Assembly (NCBI GenBank): GCA_903839615.1
Contig: CAIMCX010000021.1
Coordinates: forward strand, 1-36,725
Source: an uncultured bacterium
Lineage (GTDB): Bacteria; Bipolaricaulota; Bipolaricaulia; UBA7950; UBA9294
DNA: 36,725 nucleotides
Direction: 5' to 3'
Below, piece by piece: positions 28,331 through 36,725 of the stretch. How positions within the stretch are numbered: position 1 is the first letter of the stretch; every line of letters begins with the position of its first letter. The translations under genes were made by a program, and so were the position numbers. Below the pieces are notes generated by a model. The model searched no databases, had not been told where the DNA came from, and was given only the letters and a program-made list of their open reading frames with translations.

Positions 28331-29338
28331 CTACTTGTACTTCTCGGCACTTCCACCGTATGCAACGCCCCGTTGCTCCTCGCTGCGGTCTGTCGCCGGC
28401 GGCGGGGTCGGAGTGAGCGAGGAGATGCGTGCGTACAGTTCATCCGTCATGGCGAACTCCGCTGCAGCGAGCGACGGCTCGAGCTGCTCCACGCTTCGGG
28501 CCCCGAGAATCGGCGCCGTCACGGCCGGATTCGCCTTGACCCACGCCACGGCGAGAGTTGCCGGATGGACGCCGACCTCGCGAGCGACCCCATGAAACGC
28601 ATCCGCCGCGCCGTAGTAGGCACTCTCTGCGTAGCGCGCGGCATACATGCGGTTCTCGATGAGACGCCCCCGCTCCGGGCGGCGTTGCGCGCCGTACTTG
28701 CCCGAAAGGAGTCCCCCACCAAGCGGGCTGTACGTCACGATGCCGAGGCCGAGAGCGCGTGCCATCGGGAGAATCTCCGTCTCGGCCTGACGTTTCACAA
28801 GGCTGTACATCGGCTGCACGCAGGCGAACGCTGCAAGCGCTTCGTGTCGGGAGGCTCCGAGAGCCGTCGCGATCTGCCACGCCGCCCAGTTGCTGACCCC
28901 GAGGTGGAGCACCTTCCCCTGACGCACCACGAAATCCAGGGCCCGGAGGGTCTCCTCGATCGGCGTCGCCGGATCCCACGTGTGGACGAAGAGGATCTCG
29001 ACACGATCGGTTCCGAGTCGGCGCAAGCTGGCTTCCACCGACTGAACGATGTGTCGCCGCGACAACCCCCGATCGTTCGGTCCTTCCCCGGTAGGGAAGC
29101 CGACCTTGGTCGTGAGCACAAGGCGGTCGCGCTCTCCCATCGCAAGGCGTCCGAGGATCTCCTCGGCGCGCCCGGCCGAATACACGTTCGCGCAGTCGAA
29201 GAAGTCGACTCCCGCTTCTCGCGCGCGTCGGTAAAGCGCAGCCGACGTCGCGTCGTCGGCCATGTCGCCGAACGACATCGTCCCGAAACAGAGCTCCGAA
29301 ACGCGAAGTCCGGTTCTGCCCAGCAGTCGGTGCTCCAT
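28331..29338 (-). CDS. Aldo/keto reductase
   Basis: LGRTGLRVSELCFGTM, DCANVY, LTTK, GKVLHLGVSN and YSPLGGGLLSGKY. Confidence 0.95.
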   Translation of the reverse strand: MEHRLLGRTGLRVSELCFGTMSFGDMADDATSAALYRRAREAGVDFFDCANVYSAGRAEEILGRLAMGERDRLVLTTKVGFPTGEGPNDRGLSRRHIVQSVEASLRRLGTDRVEILFVHTWDPATPIEETLRALDFVVRQGKVLHLGVSNWAAWQIATALGASRHEALAAFACVQPMYSLVKRQAETEILPMARALGLGIVTYSPLGGGLLSGKYGAQRRPERGRLIENRMYAARYAESAYYGAADAFHGVAREVGVHPATLAVAWVKANPAVTAPILGARSVEQLEPSLAAAEFAMTDELYARISSLTPTPPPATDRSEEQRGVAYGGSAEKYK

Positions 29339-29465
29339 GGTCGCCCTCCTCCCTGCGCGAGGATCATAGCTCTAGCCGAGAACAACCGCTAGGAACGAAG
29401 CGATTGAACGGGGCGGCCGGAGTCGGTAGTGTGTGGCCGCACGGCCAGCGCCGTCAGGAGGAAGG

Positions 29466-30503
29466 GTGCGCATCGTCTACGGAGTCCAGAGCACCGGCAA
29501 GGGCCACCTGTCACGCCTCCTCGGTCTCCTGCCGCTCTTCCGTCGCGACGGACACGAGCTCCTCATCCTCGTCACGGGGCGGTGGGATCCTCCGCCCTAT
29601 TTCCTCGACGCGATCTCAGGGACGCCGTACCGCCGTTTCCCCGGACTTCCGATGGTTCCGGACGGAATGGGCGGCATCTCTAAACGCGGTACGGTGAGAG
29701 AGTTCGCGACGCGCTGGCCGGGCCTCTTTCGCAGCTTCCAGAAGGCCCATCGCCTGATCAGCGACTTCGATCCGGACCTCATCGTCAGCGACTTCGACCC
29801 CCTCACAGGATCGCCCTTCGTCGCTCCCGGAGTGTTCAAGGTCGGCATCGGCAACTACTTCACGCCGGCTCGGTCCGACGTCGAGCATCCCGACGGATTC
29901 CGGCGCGATCGCTTCAACGTCCGCGTCGTGGATAAGCTCGTGACCAGCGGGCTCGACGTCCGCTTCGGGTGCCACTTCTACCCTCTCGACGATCGGTGCC
30001 TCCCGCCGATCCTGCGCCCAGAGATCCTGACCATGCGGACAGAAGACCGCGGCCACCTCCTCGTCTACCATGCATTCCCGGGGCTCCTCGCCCCCGTCGC
30101 CGCGTACGCCGAGCGCCACCCGTCGACGTCGGTCATCGTCTACGGTCCCCGCTCTCGCCCGCGCGGCCTGCCCGACAACATGCATGTGGAGTTCGACTCC
30201 AATCGCTTCCTCAGCGATCTCGCCGGGTGCGATGCATTCATCGGGACTGCCGGGTTTCAATCGATTGCCGAAGGCTTCTACCTCGGGAAGAAGCTCGTCG
30301 TGCAGCCGATCGACGGCCACTACGAGCAGAAGTGGAACGCCTTCGAACTCGAGAAGCGAGGGATGGGGCGCTGGTGCCGAAACGGCCTCGAGGAAGCCCT
30401 CGATCAGACCTTCAACGCGGAGCTGCACGCCGAACTCGTCCCGTGGTACCGCACCGGCGCCGAGCGTCACTACGAGCAGATCCTGCTCAGCGGCGAGCGC
30501 TAG
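29466..30503 (+). CDS. GT-B glycosyltransferase (MJ1255/VC2487-like)
   Basis: MRIVYGVQSTGKGHLSR, PDLIVSDFDP, AGFQSIAE and GHYEQKWNA; AGGAGG RBS before GTG. Confidence 0.85.
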   Translation: MRIVYGVQSTGKGHLSRLLGLLPLFRRDGHELLILVTGRWDPPPYFLDAISGTPYRRFPGLPMVPDGMGGISKRGTVREFATRWPGLFRSFQKAHRLISDFDPDLIVSDFDPLTGSPFVAPGVFKVGIGNYFTPARSDVEHPDGFRRDRFNVRVVDKLVTSGLDVRFGCHFYPLDDRCLPPILRPEILTMRTEDRGHLLVYHAFPGLLAPVAAYAERHPSTSVIVYGPRSRPRGLPDNMHVEFDSNRFLSDLAGCDAFIGTAGFQSIAEGFYLGKKLVVQPIDGHYEQKWNAFELEKRGMGRWCRNGLEEALDQTFNAELHAELVPWYRTGAERHYEQILLSGER

Positions 30504-31702
30504 TCTGCCGAGTCGCCGTCGTACACGGTTCGACCCTCGATCAGGACCCGCTCGACGCGGCAGTGCGCAACGTCAAACGGATGGGCCGACAGAACCGCAA
30601 GATCGGCGTCCTTGCCTTGGGCGAGAGACCCCACACGGTCGTCGACCCCGAGGATTTCCGCCGGGGTGAGCGTGATCGCGCGCAGCGCGTCGCGCTCGTC
30701 CATGCCCTCGCTGACCGCGATTGCCGCGTTCAGCGCGAGGTAGCGAGTCGCGGACCCCTCGTCCGTCTGGATCGCCACCTTCACGCCTGCCCGGGAGAGG
30801 AGTCCGGCATTCCGCGGCGTGAGCCCACGCAGCTCGAGCTTCATCCGCGAGAAGAGGACCGGGCCGGCGACGCAAGGGATCCCCTTCTCGGCGATGAGGT
30901 CCGCGATCTTGTACCCCTCCGTCGCGTGGATGAGCACGAGATCGAGACCGAATTCCTCGGCGATTCGGATGGCCGTGACGATGTCGTCGGCGCGATGCGC
31001 GTGAATGTGGGTAGGGATTTCGCGTCGCAACGCGCTCGCAAGTACCTCGAGGCGGAGGTCCCGCTCAAATGGTTCCGGCCTCGCTTCGCCTCTCTTCCCG
31101 CGAGAGAATGCGGCCTCCTTCTCGGCGTGTCTCGCCGCCCGCTCGGCGTAGCCCTGGGCCTTGGTCAGGGCTTCTCGAAGGACGGCCGCGTTGCCCATCC
31201 GGGTGGAAGGCGCCCTCTTCTGATCGCCATAGACGCGCTTCGGGTTCTCGCCGAGCGCCATCTTGAGCGCCGCGGGGGCACGCATCAGCATCTCCTCAAC
31301 CGTGCGGCCGGCCGTCTTCACGATCGCCGTCTGCCCTCCGACGACGTTCGCACTCCCGGGACTGGTGTTAATCGTTGTGATCCCGGCGCGCCGCAGATCG
31401 GCGAACGCCAGGTCCTCGGGGTGAACCGCATCCAGCGCGCGGAGATGGGGCGTTACGGGATCCGTCATTTCATTCCCGTCGTAGAAGCGAGCATCGACTC
31501 CGTCTGCAAACAGCGCGACGTGGCAGTGCGCCTCCACAAGACCCGGGATGACGAATTTCCCCGAGGCGTCGAGCACTTCCGCCCGCTTGGACACCCGAGG
31601 AACTCTCCCAATCGCGGCGATTCTTCCCCGGTCGATGGTCACGTCCGTCTGTTCGAATCGGATGTCCGGCGTGAGTACCCTTCCGCCTTGGATGAGCAGC
31701 AC
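30500..31702 (-). CDS. Metal-dependent amidohydrolase
   Basis: PGLVEAHCH, GITT, KMALGENPK, HAHRADD, HATEG and GSLAQGKDADL; GGAGG RBS before GTG 31702. Confidence 0.92.
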   Translation of the reverse strand: MLLIQGGRVLTPDIRFEQTDVTIDRGRIAAIGRVPRVSKRAEVLDASGKFVIPGLVEAHCHVALFADGVDARFYDGNEMTDPVTPHLRALDAVHPEDLAFADLRRAGITTINTSPGSANVVGGQTAIVKTAGRTVEEMLMRAPAALKMALGENPKRVYGDQKRAPSTRMGNAAVLREALTKAQGYAERAARHAEKEAAFSRGKRGEARPEPFERDLRLEVLASALRREIPTHIHAHRADDIVTAIRIAEEFGLDLVLIHATEGYKIADLIAEKGIPCVAGPVLFSRMKLELRGLTPRNAGLLSRAGVKVAIQTDEGSATRYLALNAAIAVSEGMDERDALRAITLTPAEILGVDDRVGSLAQGKDADLAVLSAHPFDVAHCRVERVLIEGRTVYDGDSAD

Positions 31703-31790
31703 CTTGCCTCCTTCGCCGCGCTGGCCGTATCCGTGGAGTGAGGGAAGTGTACGCAACGAGATCAGGAAGTGCACATCCCCCATTGGCGCC

Positions 31791-31819
31791 TTGCCAGATG
31801 CAGAATCGGACGATAGAGT
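31791..31819 (+). promoter_or_regulatory. Putative promoter of the ABC operon (TTGCCA-17-TAGAGT)
   Basis: Hexamer match in the divergent gap. Confidence 0.5.
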
Positions 31820-31848
31820 GGTCCAGGGAGAACCAAGGGAAGGGATCG

Positions 31849-32589
31849 ATGGGAAGCGATAGCCGGTTTTGTCACGTGCGCGGGAGGCCGTTCCTCGAGG
31901 CGAGGGACGTGACAAAGACCTATCAGGTCGGGGCGGAAACAGTCTACGCGCTCCGCGACGTGCAATTCGCCGCCCTGCAGGGGGATTTCGTCGTGATCAA
32001 CGGTCCCTCCGGCAGCGGGAAGACGACGTTCCTCAACCTCATGTCCGTGATCGACCGCCCGACGTCGGGCGATGTGTTCATCGAAGGGCAGTCGACCAGC
32101 GCGAAGTCCGAAGGCCAGCTTGCGCTCTTGCGGAAGACGAAGATCGGGCTCGTGTTCCAGTCGTTCAACCTCATCCCCGTCTTGAGTGCAGCGGAGAACG
32201 TCGAGTACCCGCTCCTTCTTCAAAAGAGGCCGCCGGCCGAGCGCCGGACGCGCGTTGCGGCGATGCTCTCCGAAGTGGGTCTCGACGCGCTTGCGCGCCG
32301 CCGGCCGAACGAGCTATCCGGCGGCCAGCGCCAGCGGGTGGCCATCGCGCGCGCCCTCATCACTGGACCGATGATCGTCCTTGCCGATGAGCCGACGGCG
32401 AACCTCGACTCCAAGACCGGCGAAGCGGTCATGGATCTGATGCGCCGATTGAACGAGGAACATTGCGTCACGTTCATCGTTGTGACGCACGATCCCGCGG
32501 TGTCTCGCTACGCCCAGCGTCGCGTTCGCATTCACGATGGACAGCTGATCGAGGAGGATGTAGGTGGGCTGGCGTCTCCCGCTTCGTAG
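31849..32589 (+). CDS. ABC transporter ATP-binding protein (LolD/MacB-like)
   Basis: GPSGSGKTT, LSGGQRQRVAIARAL, LADEPTANLD and VTHD. Confidence 0.95.
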   Translation: MGSDSRFCHVRGRPFLEARDVTKTYQVGAETVYALRDVQFAALQGDFVVINGPSGSGKTTFLNLMSVIDRPTSGDVFIEGQSTSAKSEGQLALLRKTKIGLVFQSFNLIPVLSAAENVEYPLLLQKRPPAERRTRVAAMLSEVGLDALARRRPNELSGGQRQRVAIARALITGPMIVLADEPTANLDSKTGEAVMDLMRRLNEEHCVTFIVVTHDPAVSRYAQRRVRIHDGQLIEEDVGGLASPAS

Positions 32590-33775
32590 CCTGTGGCGGA
32601 ATCGTCGCCGCACGATCTTGTCGCTCCTCGTCATCGCTCTCGGCACGGCCGTTTCGGCCTTCGTCTTCGGGTTCCTCGAGAACTCGCGTCTGCAGATCCA
32701 GCAATCGACCGTGCAGGAGTACGGCAACCTGCAGATCGCGTCGCCGGAATTGTGGAACAGCAAGACCGACGGATATGGCTACCTGATCGCGCCCGCCGCG
32801 GCTGCACAGGTAGGCGGACTCCTGGCGCAAGAACCAGGCTTTCGCGGGTCGACGTCCCAACTTCAGTTTCCCGGTCTGCTCGGCACCGGACGCGACACGC
32901 AGGTCATCCGAGCCCTCGGCATCGAGCCCGGAAACCCTGTTCTTGACTTCGCCGACCACGTCGTGGCGGGCCGAGGTCTCGCGCCAACCGACACCGCCGC
33001 GGTGTTCGTCGGCCGCACTCTGGCCGACAAGCTGTCTCTCTCCGTCGGCAGCATTGTCATGGCCACGCTGACCACCGTCCACGGCGCGTACAACGCAAGC
33101 CCGTTCACGGTCGTCGGGATCTACAAATACACGAACGCGCAGTTCGAAGAGCAGGTTGTCTTCATTCCACTCGCTTTCGCGCAGCGCCTGCTCGACACCG
33201 ACGGCGTCGATCGTATCGTCGTCTCGCTCGACCAGATTGCCGAGACCTCGACGGTGGCAGTGCACCTCACGACTGGGCTTGCAGCAAGCGGCATCGCCCT
33301 GGCTCCACGGACGTGGGACGACCTCTCTCCTTTCTATCGCCAGCTTGCGTCCTACTTCAACGCGCTCTTCGCCTTCTTGTCCTTTGCCATCTCGATTCTC
33401 GTCTTCTTCATCATTCTGGAGGTCCAGACCCTGGCTTTCCTGGAGCGCACGCGCGAGGTGGGCACGATTCGCGCTCTCGGCACGACGCAGCGTGAGGTCT
33501 TCGTGCTCTTCTTCGCCGAGAGCGCGTGGCTCGCCGCCCTCGGCAGCGCGTCCGGCGTCGCCGTCGGAGCCCTTCTGATCGCTGCCTTCAATGCAGCGAA
33601 GATCCAGTGGCTGCCACCCGGCACCATTGACTACTTCACGCTGGGAGCGAAGATCGAAGTCGGGACCGTCCTCGTGCCGTTTGCGATCAGTTTCGTAGCC
33701 ACGCTCTTGTCCGCCTTGTATCCGGCCGCGCAGGCGTCGCGCTTGCGCGTCGTCGACGCGCTGCGAGTGGAGTAG
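32564..33775 (+). CDS. ABC permease (LolC/E, FtsX-like)
   Basis: RSLWRNRRRT, a periplasmic domain, ERTREVGTIRALG and YPA..ASRL..VDALR. Confidence 0.93.
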   Translation: MGWRLPLRSLWRNRRRTILSLLVIALGTAVSAFVFGFLENSRLQIQQSTVQEYGNLQIASPELWNSKTDGYGYLIAPAAAAQVGGLLAQEPGFRGSTSQLQFPGLLGTGRDTQVIRALGIEPGNPVLDFADHVVAGRGLAPTDTAAVFVGRTLADKLSLSVGSIVMATLTTVHGAYNASPFTVVGIYKYTNAQFEEQVVFIPLAFAQRLLDTDGVDRIVVSLDQIAETSTVAVHLTTGLAASGIALAPRTWDDLSPFYRQLASYFNALFAFLSFAISILVFFIILEVQTLAFLERTREVGTIRALGTTQREVFVLFFAESAWLAALGSASGVAVGALLIAAFNAAKIQWLPPGTIDYFTLGAKIEVGTVLVPFAISFVATLLSALYPAAQASRLRVVDALRVE

Positions 33776-33783
33776 GAGGAAGG

Positions 33784-34995
33784 GTGGAACTGAAGATCGC
33801 ATTGCGCAACGTCTTCCGCAACCGGCGCCGAACCGCCTTCAGCCTCACGGTCATCGCCGTGGGAACGGCCGTGTTCCTGTTTGTGCTCGCCTACGTCGGA
33901 GAAGCCCTTCTCTCCGAACGCCTCTCGTCGGCCTGCGAGACCGGCGCGGTCCAAGTGGCGGACGAGCGGCTGTTCGCGAGTCAGGCGAACGGCTACGACC
34001 ACCTCATCTCTCCCGAGCTCCAAGCACGCGTCGTCGATCTCGTGACGAAGAGGCCCGGCGTTCTCGGGACGTCGCTTGAACTTGATTTCGCAGGCCTCAT
34101 CGGGGATGCCAACGGGAGCACGCTGGTTGTCGGCCGTGGTCTCACGCCGTGCGATTGCGTTCCGAACACCACCTGCTACGCGATCGAGGGCAAACCGATC
34201 TCGGGCGGCGACGCGCGTGAGGCTGTCCTGGGCAGAAGGCTCGCGGCAAAGCTCGGCGTGGATACCGGCGCATCGATCAACATCGCCACGGGGACCGTGA
34301 CGGGCAACTTCAGCGCCGCCACCGTGACGGTCGTGGGGCAGGTGTCGTACAGCCTTGGAACGGTCGAGGAACAGCTCGGCCTCTTCCCCACGGGGTTCGT
34401 GCAGCATCTGCTCAAGACAGACGGCGTCGAGCGCATCCTGATCGGACTCGACGACTTGAACAAAGCCCCGCAGTTCGCCGACGAGCTTCGCAGGGCACTC
34501 GCTGCAGAAGGGATCCCGCTCGGAGTCCGCACCTGGCAGGATTTGTCCACCGGCTACGCTTCGTCTCAGTCGTTCTACGCCGCGTTCTCAGGCTTGGCGG
34601 GGATCTCGGTGTTCGCGCTCGTCTTCTTCAGCGTCGTCGAGATCCTCACGATCTCCTTCCTCGAGCGCACGCGCGAGGTGGCAACGACGCGCGCCTTCGG
34701 CGCGACCCGTTGGCGCGTGTTCCGCGGCTTCCTCCTCGAGGGCGCGGCGATCGGCGCCATCGGCGCCGTGATCGGTGTCGTTCTCGCATCGGTGCTGACG
34801 CTCGCATTCAACGCCGCGAGGATCACCTGGATGCCGCCCGGCTCGGCCGTTCCGCAGGCGATTCACCTCTCTCTCAGCCTCTCCACGGCGCTCGTGCCCC
34901 TCGTGACGGTCATCCTCGCTACCGTAGCGAGCTCGGTGTACCCTGCATGGAAGAACGCACGATCAAGCGTGGTGAAGGCGCTTCAGGCCGTGTAG
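33784..34995 (+). CDS. ABC permease (LolC/E, FtsX-like), second paralogue
   Basis: RNVFRNRRRT, ERTREVATTRAFG and YPAWKNA. Confidence 0.93.
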   Translation: MELKIALRNVFRNRRRTAFSLTVIAVGTAVFLFVLAYVGEALLSERLSSACETGAVQVADERLFASQANGYDHLISPELQARVVDLVTKRPGVLGTSLELDFAGLIGDANGSTLVVGRGLTPCDCVPNTTCYAIEGKPISGGDAREAVLGRRLAAKLGVDTGASINIATGTVTGNFSAATVTVVGQVSYSLGTVEEQLGLFPTGFVQHLLKTDGVERILIGLDDLNKAPQFADELRRALAAEGIPLGVRTWQDLSTGYASSQSFYAAFSGLAGISVFALVFFSVVEILTISFLERTREVATTRAFGATRWRVFRGFLLEGAAIGAIGAVIGVVLASVLTLAFNAARITWMPPGSAVPQAIHLSLSLSTALVPLVTVILATVASSVYPAWKNARSSVVKALQAV

Positions 34996-35043
34996 CCCCG
35001 GCAAGCGGTCTGACGCGCCGGGATCAAGGCAAAGGAGACTCGG

Positions 35044-35796
35044 ATGAAGCTCGCTCTAGCGCTCGCTCTCACCTTGCTCGTCGCCGCGCCGGCAATCGCT
35101 CAGACTGCTCTGTCGGATTCGGACCTCTTGAGCGCCCTCGACGAGGCGCGCTTCCCCGCCGCGGACGTCAACGTCCTGCGCATCCACATCACGTCGATCA
35201 CGCCGGGTGCGACGCGCGAGGCCGAGATCCTTCTTCGGTTCAAGCAGATCAGCGGGAAGGACTACGCGCGGATCGAGTTCCTCTCGCCCGCCGACATGGC
35301 CGGCCAGATCTACCTCTCCACACCGGATGCGACGTACTTCTTCAGTCCGGACCTCACCTCGCCGATCAAGACGTCGGCAACGGCGGAGATCTTCGGCGAC
35401 TCGGCGGTCGCACAGACAAGCGGCATTCGCTTCCTCTCCAAGTACACGATCACCGCGCGACGGACCGTCCAGGGAGCCGACGGAAGCAAGCTCCTGGAGC
35501 TCGACCTCGCGGCCGTCGACTACACGGTGGCGTTCCAGGTCATCACCGTGCACGTCGATCCGGTGACGGTTCGCCCCGTGTCCGCCACGTTGTACGCCGT
35601 GAGCGGCCTTCCCTTCTACGACGTGACGTACAAGAACTACGTGACCCGCGACAACGGAGACGCCTACGTCGCAGTGCAGGAGATCACGAACCGTCTCTTC
35701 GCCGGCCGTACGACGACTTCGGAGATCCTCGACGCATCCGCAGCGGACCTTCCCGATGCGCTGTTCGATCCTGCACTGCTGGGGACATCGGGCTGA
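35044..35796 (+). CDS. LolA-like outer-membrane lipoprotein-sorting family protein
   Basis: Signal peptide; RIEFLSPADMAGQIYL, FFSPDL..PIK and LPDALFDP; directly follows the LolCDE-like ABC genes. Confidence 0.8.
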   Translation: MKLALALALTLLVAAPAIAQTALSDSDLLSALDEARFPAADVNVLRIHITSITPGATREAEILLRFKQISGKDYARIEFLSPADMAGQIYLSTPDATYFFSPDLTSPIKTSATAEIFGDSAVAQTSGIRFLSKYTITARRTVQGADGSKLLELDLAAVDYTVAFQVITVHVDPVTVRPVSATLYAVSGLPFYDVTYKNYVTRDNGDAYVAVQEITNRLFAGRTTTSEILDASAADLPDALFDPALLGTSG

Positions 35797-35899
35797 CGGC
35801 GAGACGAAGGCCGTGCCTACGGCACCCTCGGACGAGACACGTGCCAGGACAGCAGGCGGCCTTCCGTGCTAGGATCGCCTCCTGCAAGAGGGAGGGACC

Positions 35900-36277
35900 A
35901 TGGAGAACGGGAAGCGCATCGCCATTTTCGCTCTCGCCGGGCTGCTGCTCGCTGCCGCGTTTGTGGGCGTCGGCCAGCAGGTGGCCGCGCCGCACAACGT
36001 GAAACAGGCAAGCCCCAGCGCGGTCGATCAGGTGCTCACCTTCGTCGAGAGCGTGTCGGACTACCTCGGAAGGGGGCTCGTCTACGTTCTCAACCTCATC
36101 ACGGGCAACCGCCTGTCGAAGGATCTCGAGAAGCCTCTCGGCTACATGGCCTTCATCACGCTGCTTCTCGTCTTCTTTGCGCTGATCGAGTTCGCGCGGA
36201 AGGTCATCTGGATCGGAGTCATCATCGGCTGGGTGCTCCTCGTCGTGCGGATCATTCTCGACGCCCTGAAGGCCTAG
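35900..36277 (+). CDS. Hypothetical membrane protein (signal/TM plus 2 TM)
   Basis: GGAGGG RBS, an upstream TGcTAGGAT extended -10 and hydrophobic segments. Confidence 0.75.
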   Translation: MENGKRIAIFALAGLLLAAAFVGVGQQVAAPHNVKQASPSAVDQVLTFVESVSDYLGRGLVYVLNLITGNRLSKDLEKPLGYMAFITLLLVFFALIEFARKVIWIGVIIGWVLLVVRIILDALKA

Positions 36278-36314
36278 CCGGCGCGACGCCCTCAAGCCCT
36301 GGGCGGTACGGGCC

Positions 36315-36725
36315 TCAGGCAGATCTCTCTTTGGCGCCGAGCACGCCCCAGACGCCGACGAGCACGAGAGCCATTCCTCCCGCATCGGCCAGCGTCATCC
36401 GTTCGCCCAGGAGAATGGCCCCGAGTACGACGGCGATGACCGGGTTCGCATAGGCATACGTCATCACCACACGAGTCGGGAGCAAACGAAGAACGCGCAC
36501 GAACGACGTGAATGCGCCAACCGAGCCGACCAGCACAAGGTATGCGAAGGCTCCCCACGCCGCCGCGGACGGGGCGGGCAGAGGCTCTCCCAACGCAAGG
36601 AACAGAACAGCGAACCCTGCGGCCCCGAAGAGGTGCAGGTACCCGGCGGAGACCACCGGGCTCACGGTCACGGGACGTCGCGTCTGAAGGACAGATCCAC
36701 AAGCCCACGTGATCGGCGCCACGAG
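36315..36725 (-). CDS. EamA/DMT family transporter (5' part outside window)
   Basis: AYLVLVGSVGAF, TYAYANPVIAVVLG and LLGE motifs. Confidence 0.88.
   Translation of the reverse strand, partial: LVAPITWACGSVLQTRRPVTVSPVVSAGYLHLFGAAGFAVLFLALGEPLPAPSAAAWGAFAYLVLVGSVGAFTSFVRVLRLLPTRVVMTYAYANPVIAVVLGAILLGERMTLADAGGMALVLVGVWGVLGAKERSA

Noticed and set aside
28310-28340. Purine riboswitch upstream of guaA
   Set aside because: Only 6 bp separate guaA from the upstream gene, leaving no room.
27371-29392. 673-aa plus-strand ORF
   Set aside because: Antisense shadow of guaA and the aldo/keto reductase in high-GC DNA; no recognisable motifs.
29969-31741. 590-aa plus-strand ORF and similar long Arg/Pro-rich ORFs (8164-9762, 32474-33802, 34710-36002)
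   Set aside because: Off-frame or antisense overlaps of well-supported genes.
1-36725. CRISPR array, tRNA/rRNA, IS element, prophage or defence system
   Set aside because: No spaced direct repeats, cloverleaf or rRNA signatures, and no transposase, integrase, phage or defence motifs were recognised.

Overview
High-GC bacterial chromosomal window, mostly housekeeping genes. Gene style is compatible with an anaerobic lineage such as Bipolaricaulota, but this is unverified. In order: a carbohydrate block (ROK regulator, GH13-like remnant, glgA, galT-like, class II fba, tkt, MFS); accA/accD; a lytic transglycosylase; acs plus an OFA-family MFS; an orn / PLP dehydratase / DUF3795-like operon; a decayed accessory patch at about 16.8-19.1 kb (an intact MreB-like half-domain membrane protein plus three gene relics); an autoregulated TetR / small membrane protein / MMPL / LolA-like operon followed by a class I isoprenoid-synthase-like orphan; a CHASE4-HAMP-PAS-GGDEF cyclase; guaA; an aldo/keto reductase; a glycosyltransferase; an amidohydrolase; a LolCDE-like ABC plus a second LolA-like gene; a small membrane protein; and a partial EamA transporter. 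I saw no rRNA, tRNA, CRISPR array, integrase or transposase. The most unusual items are the degenerate MreB-half/2TM protein, the possible terpenoid synthesis plus MMPL/LolA-like export locus, and a repeated two-state hairpin motif flanking the OFA transporter. All family assignments come from motif recognition by eye; no searches were run.
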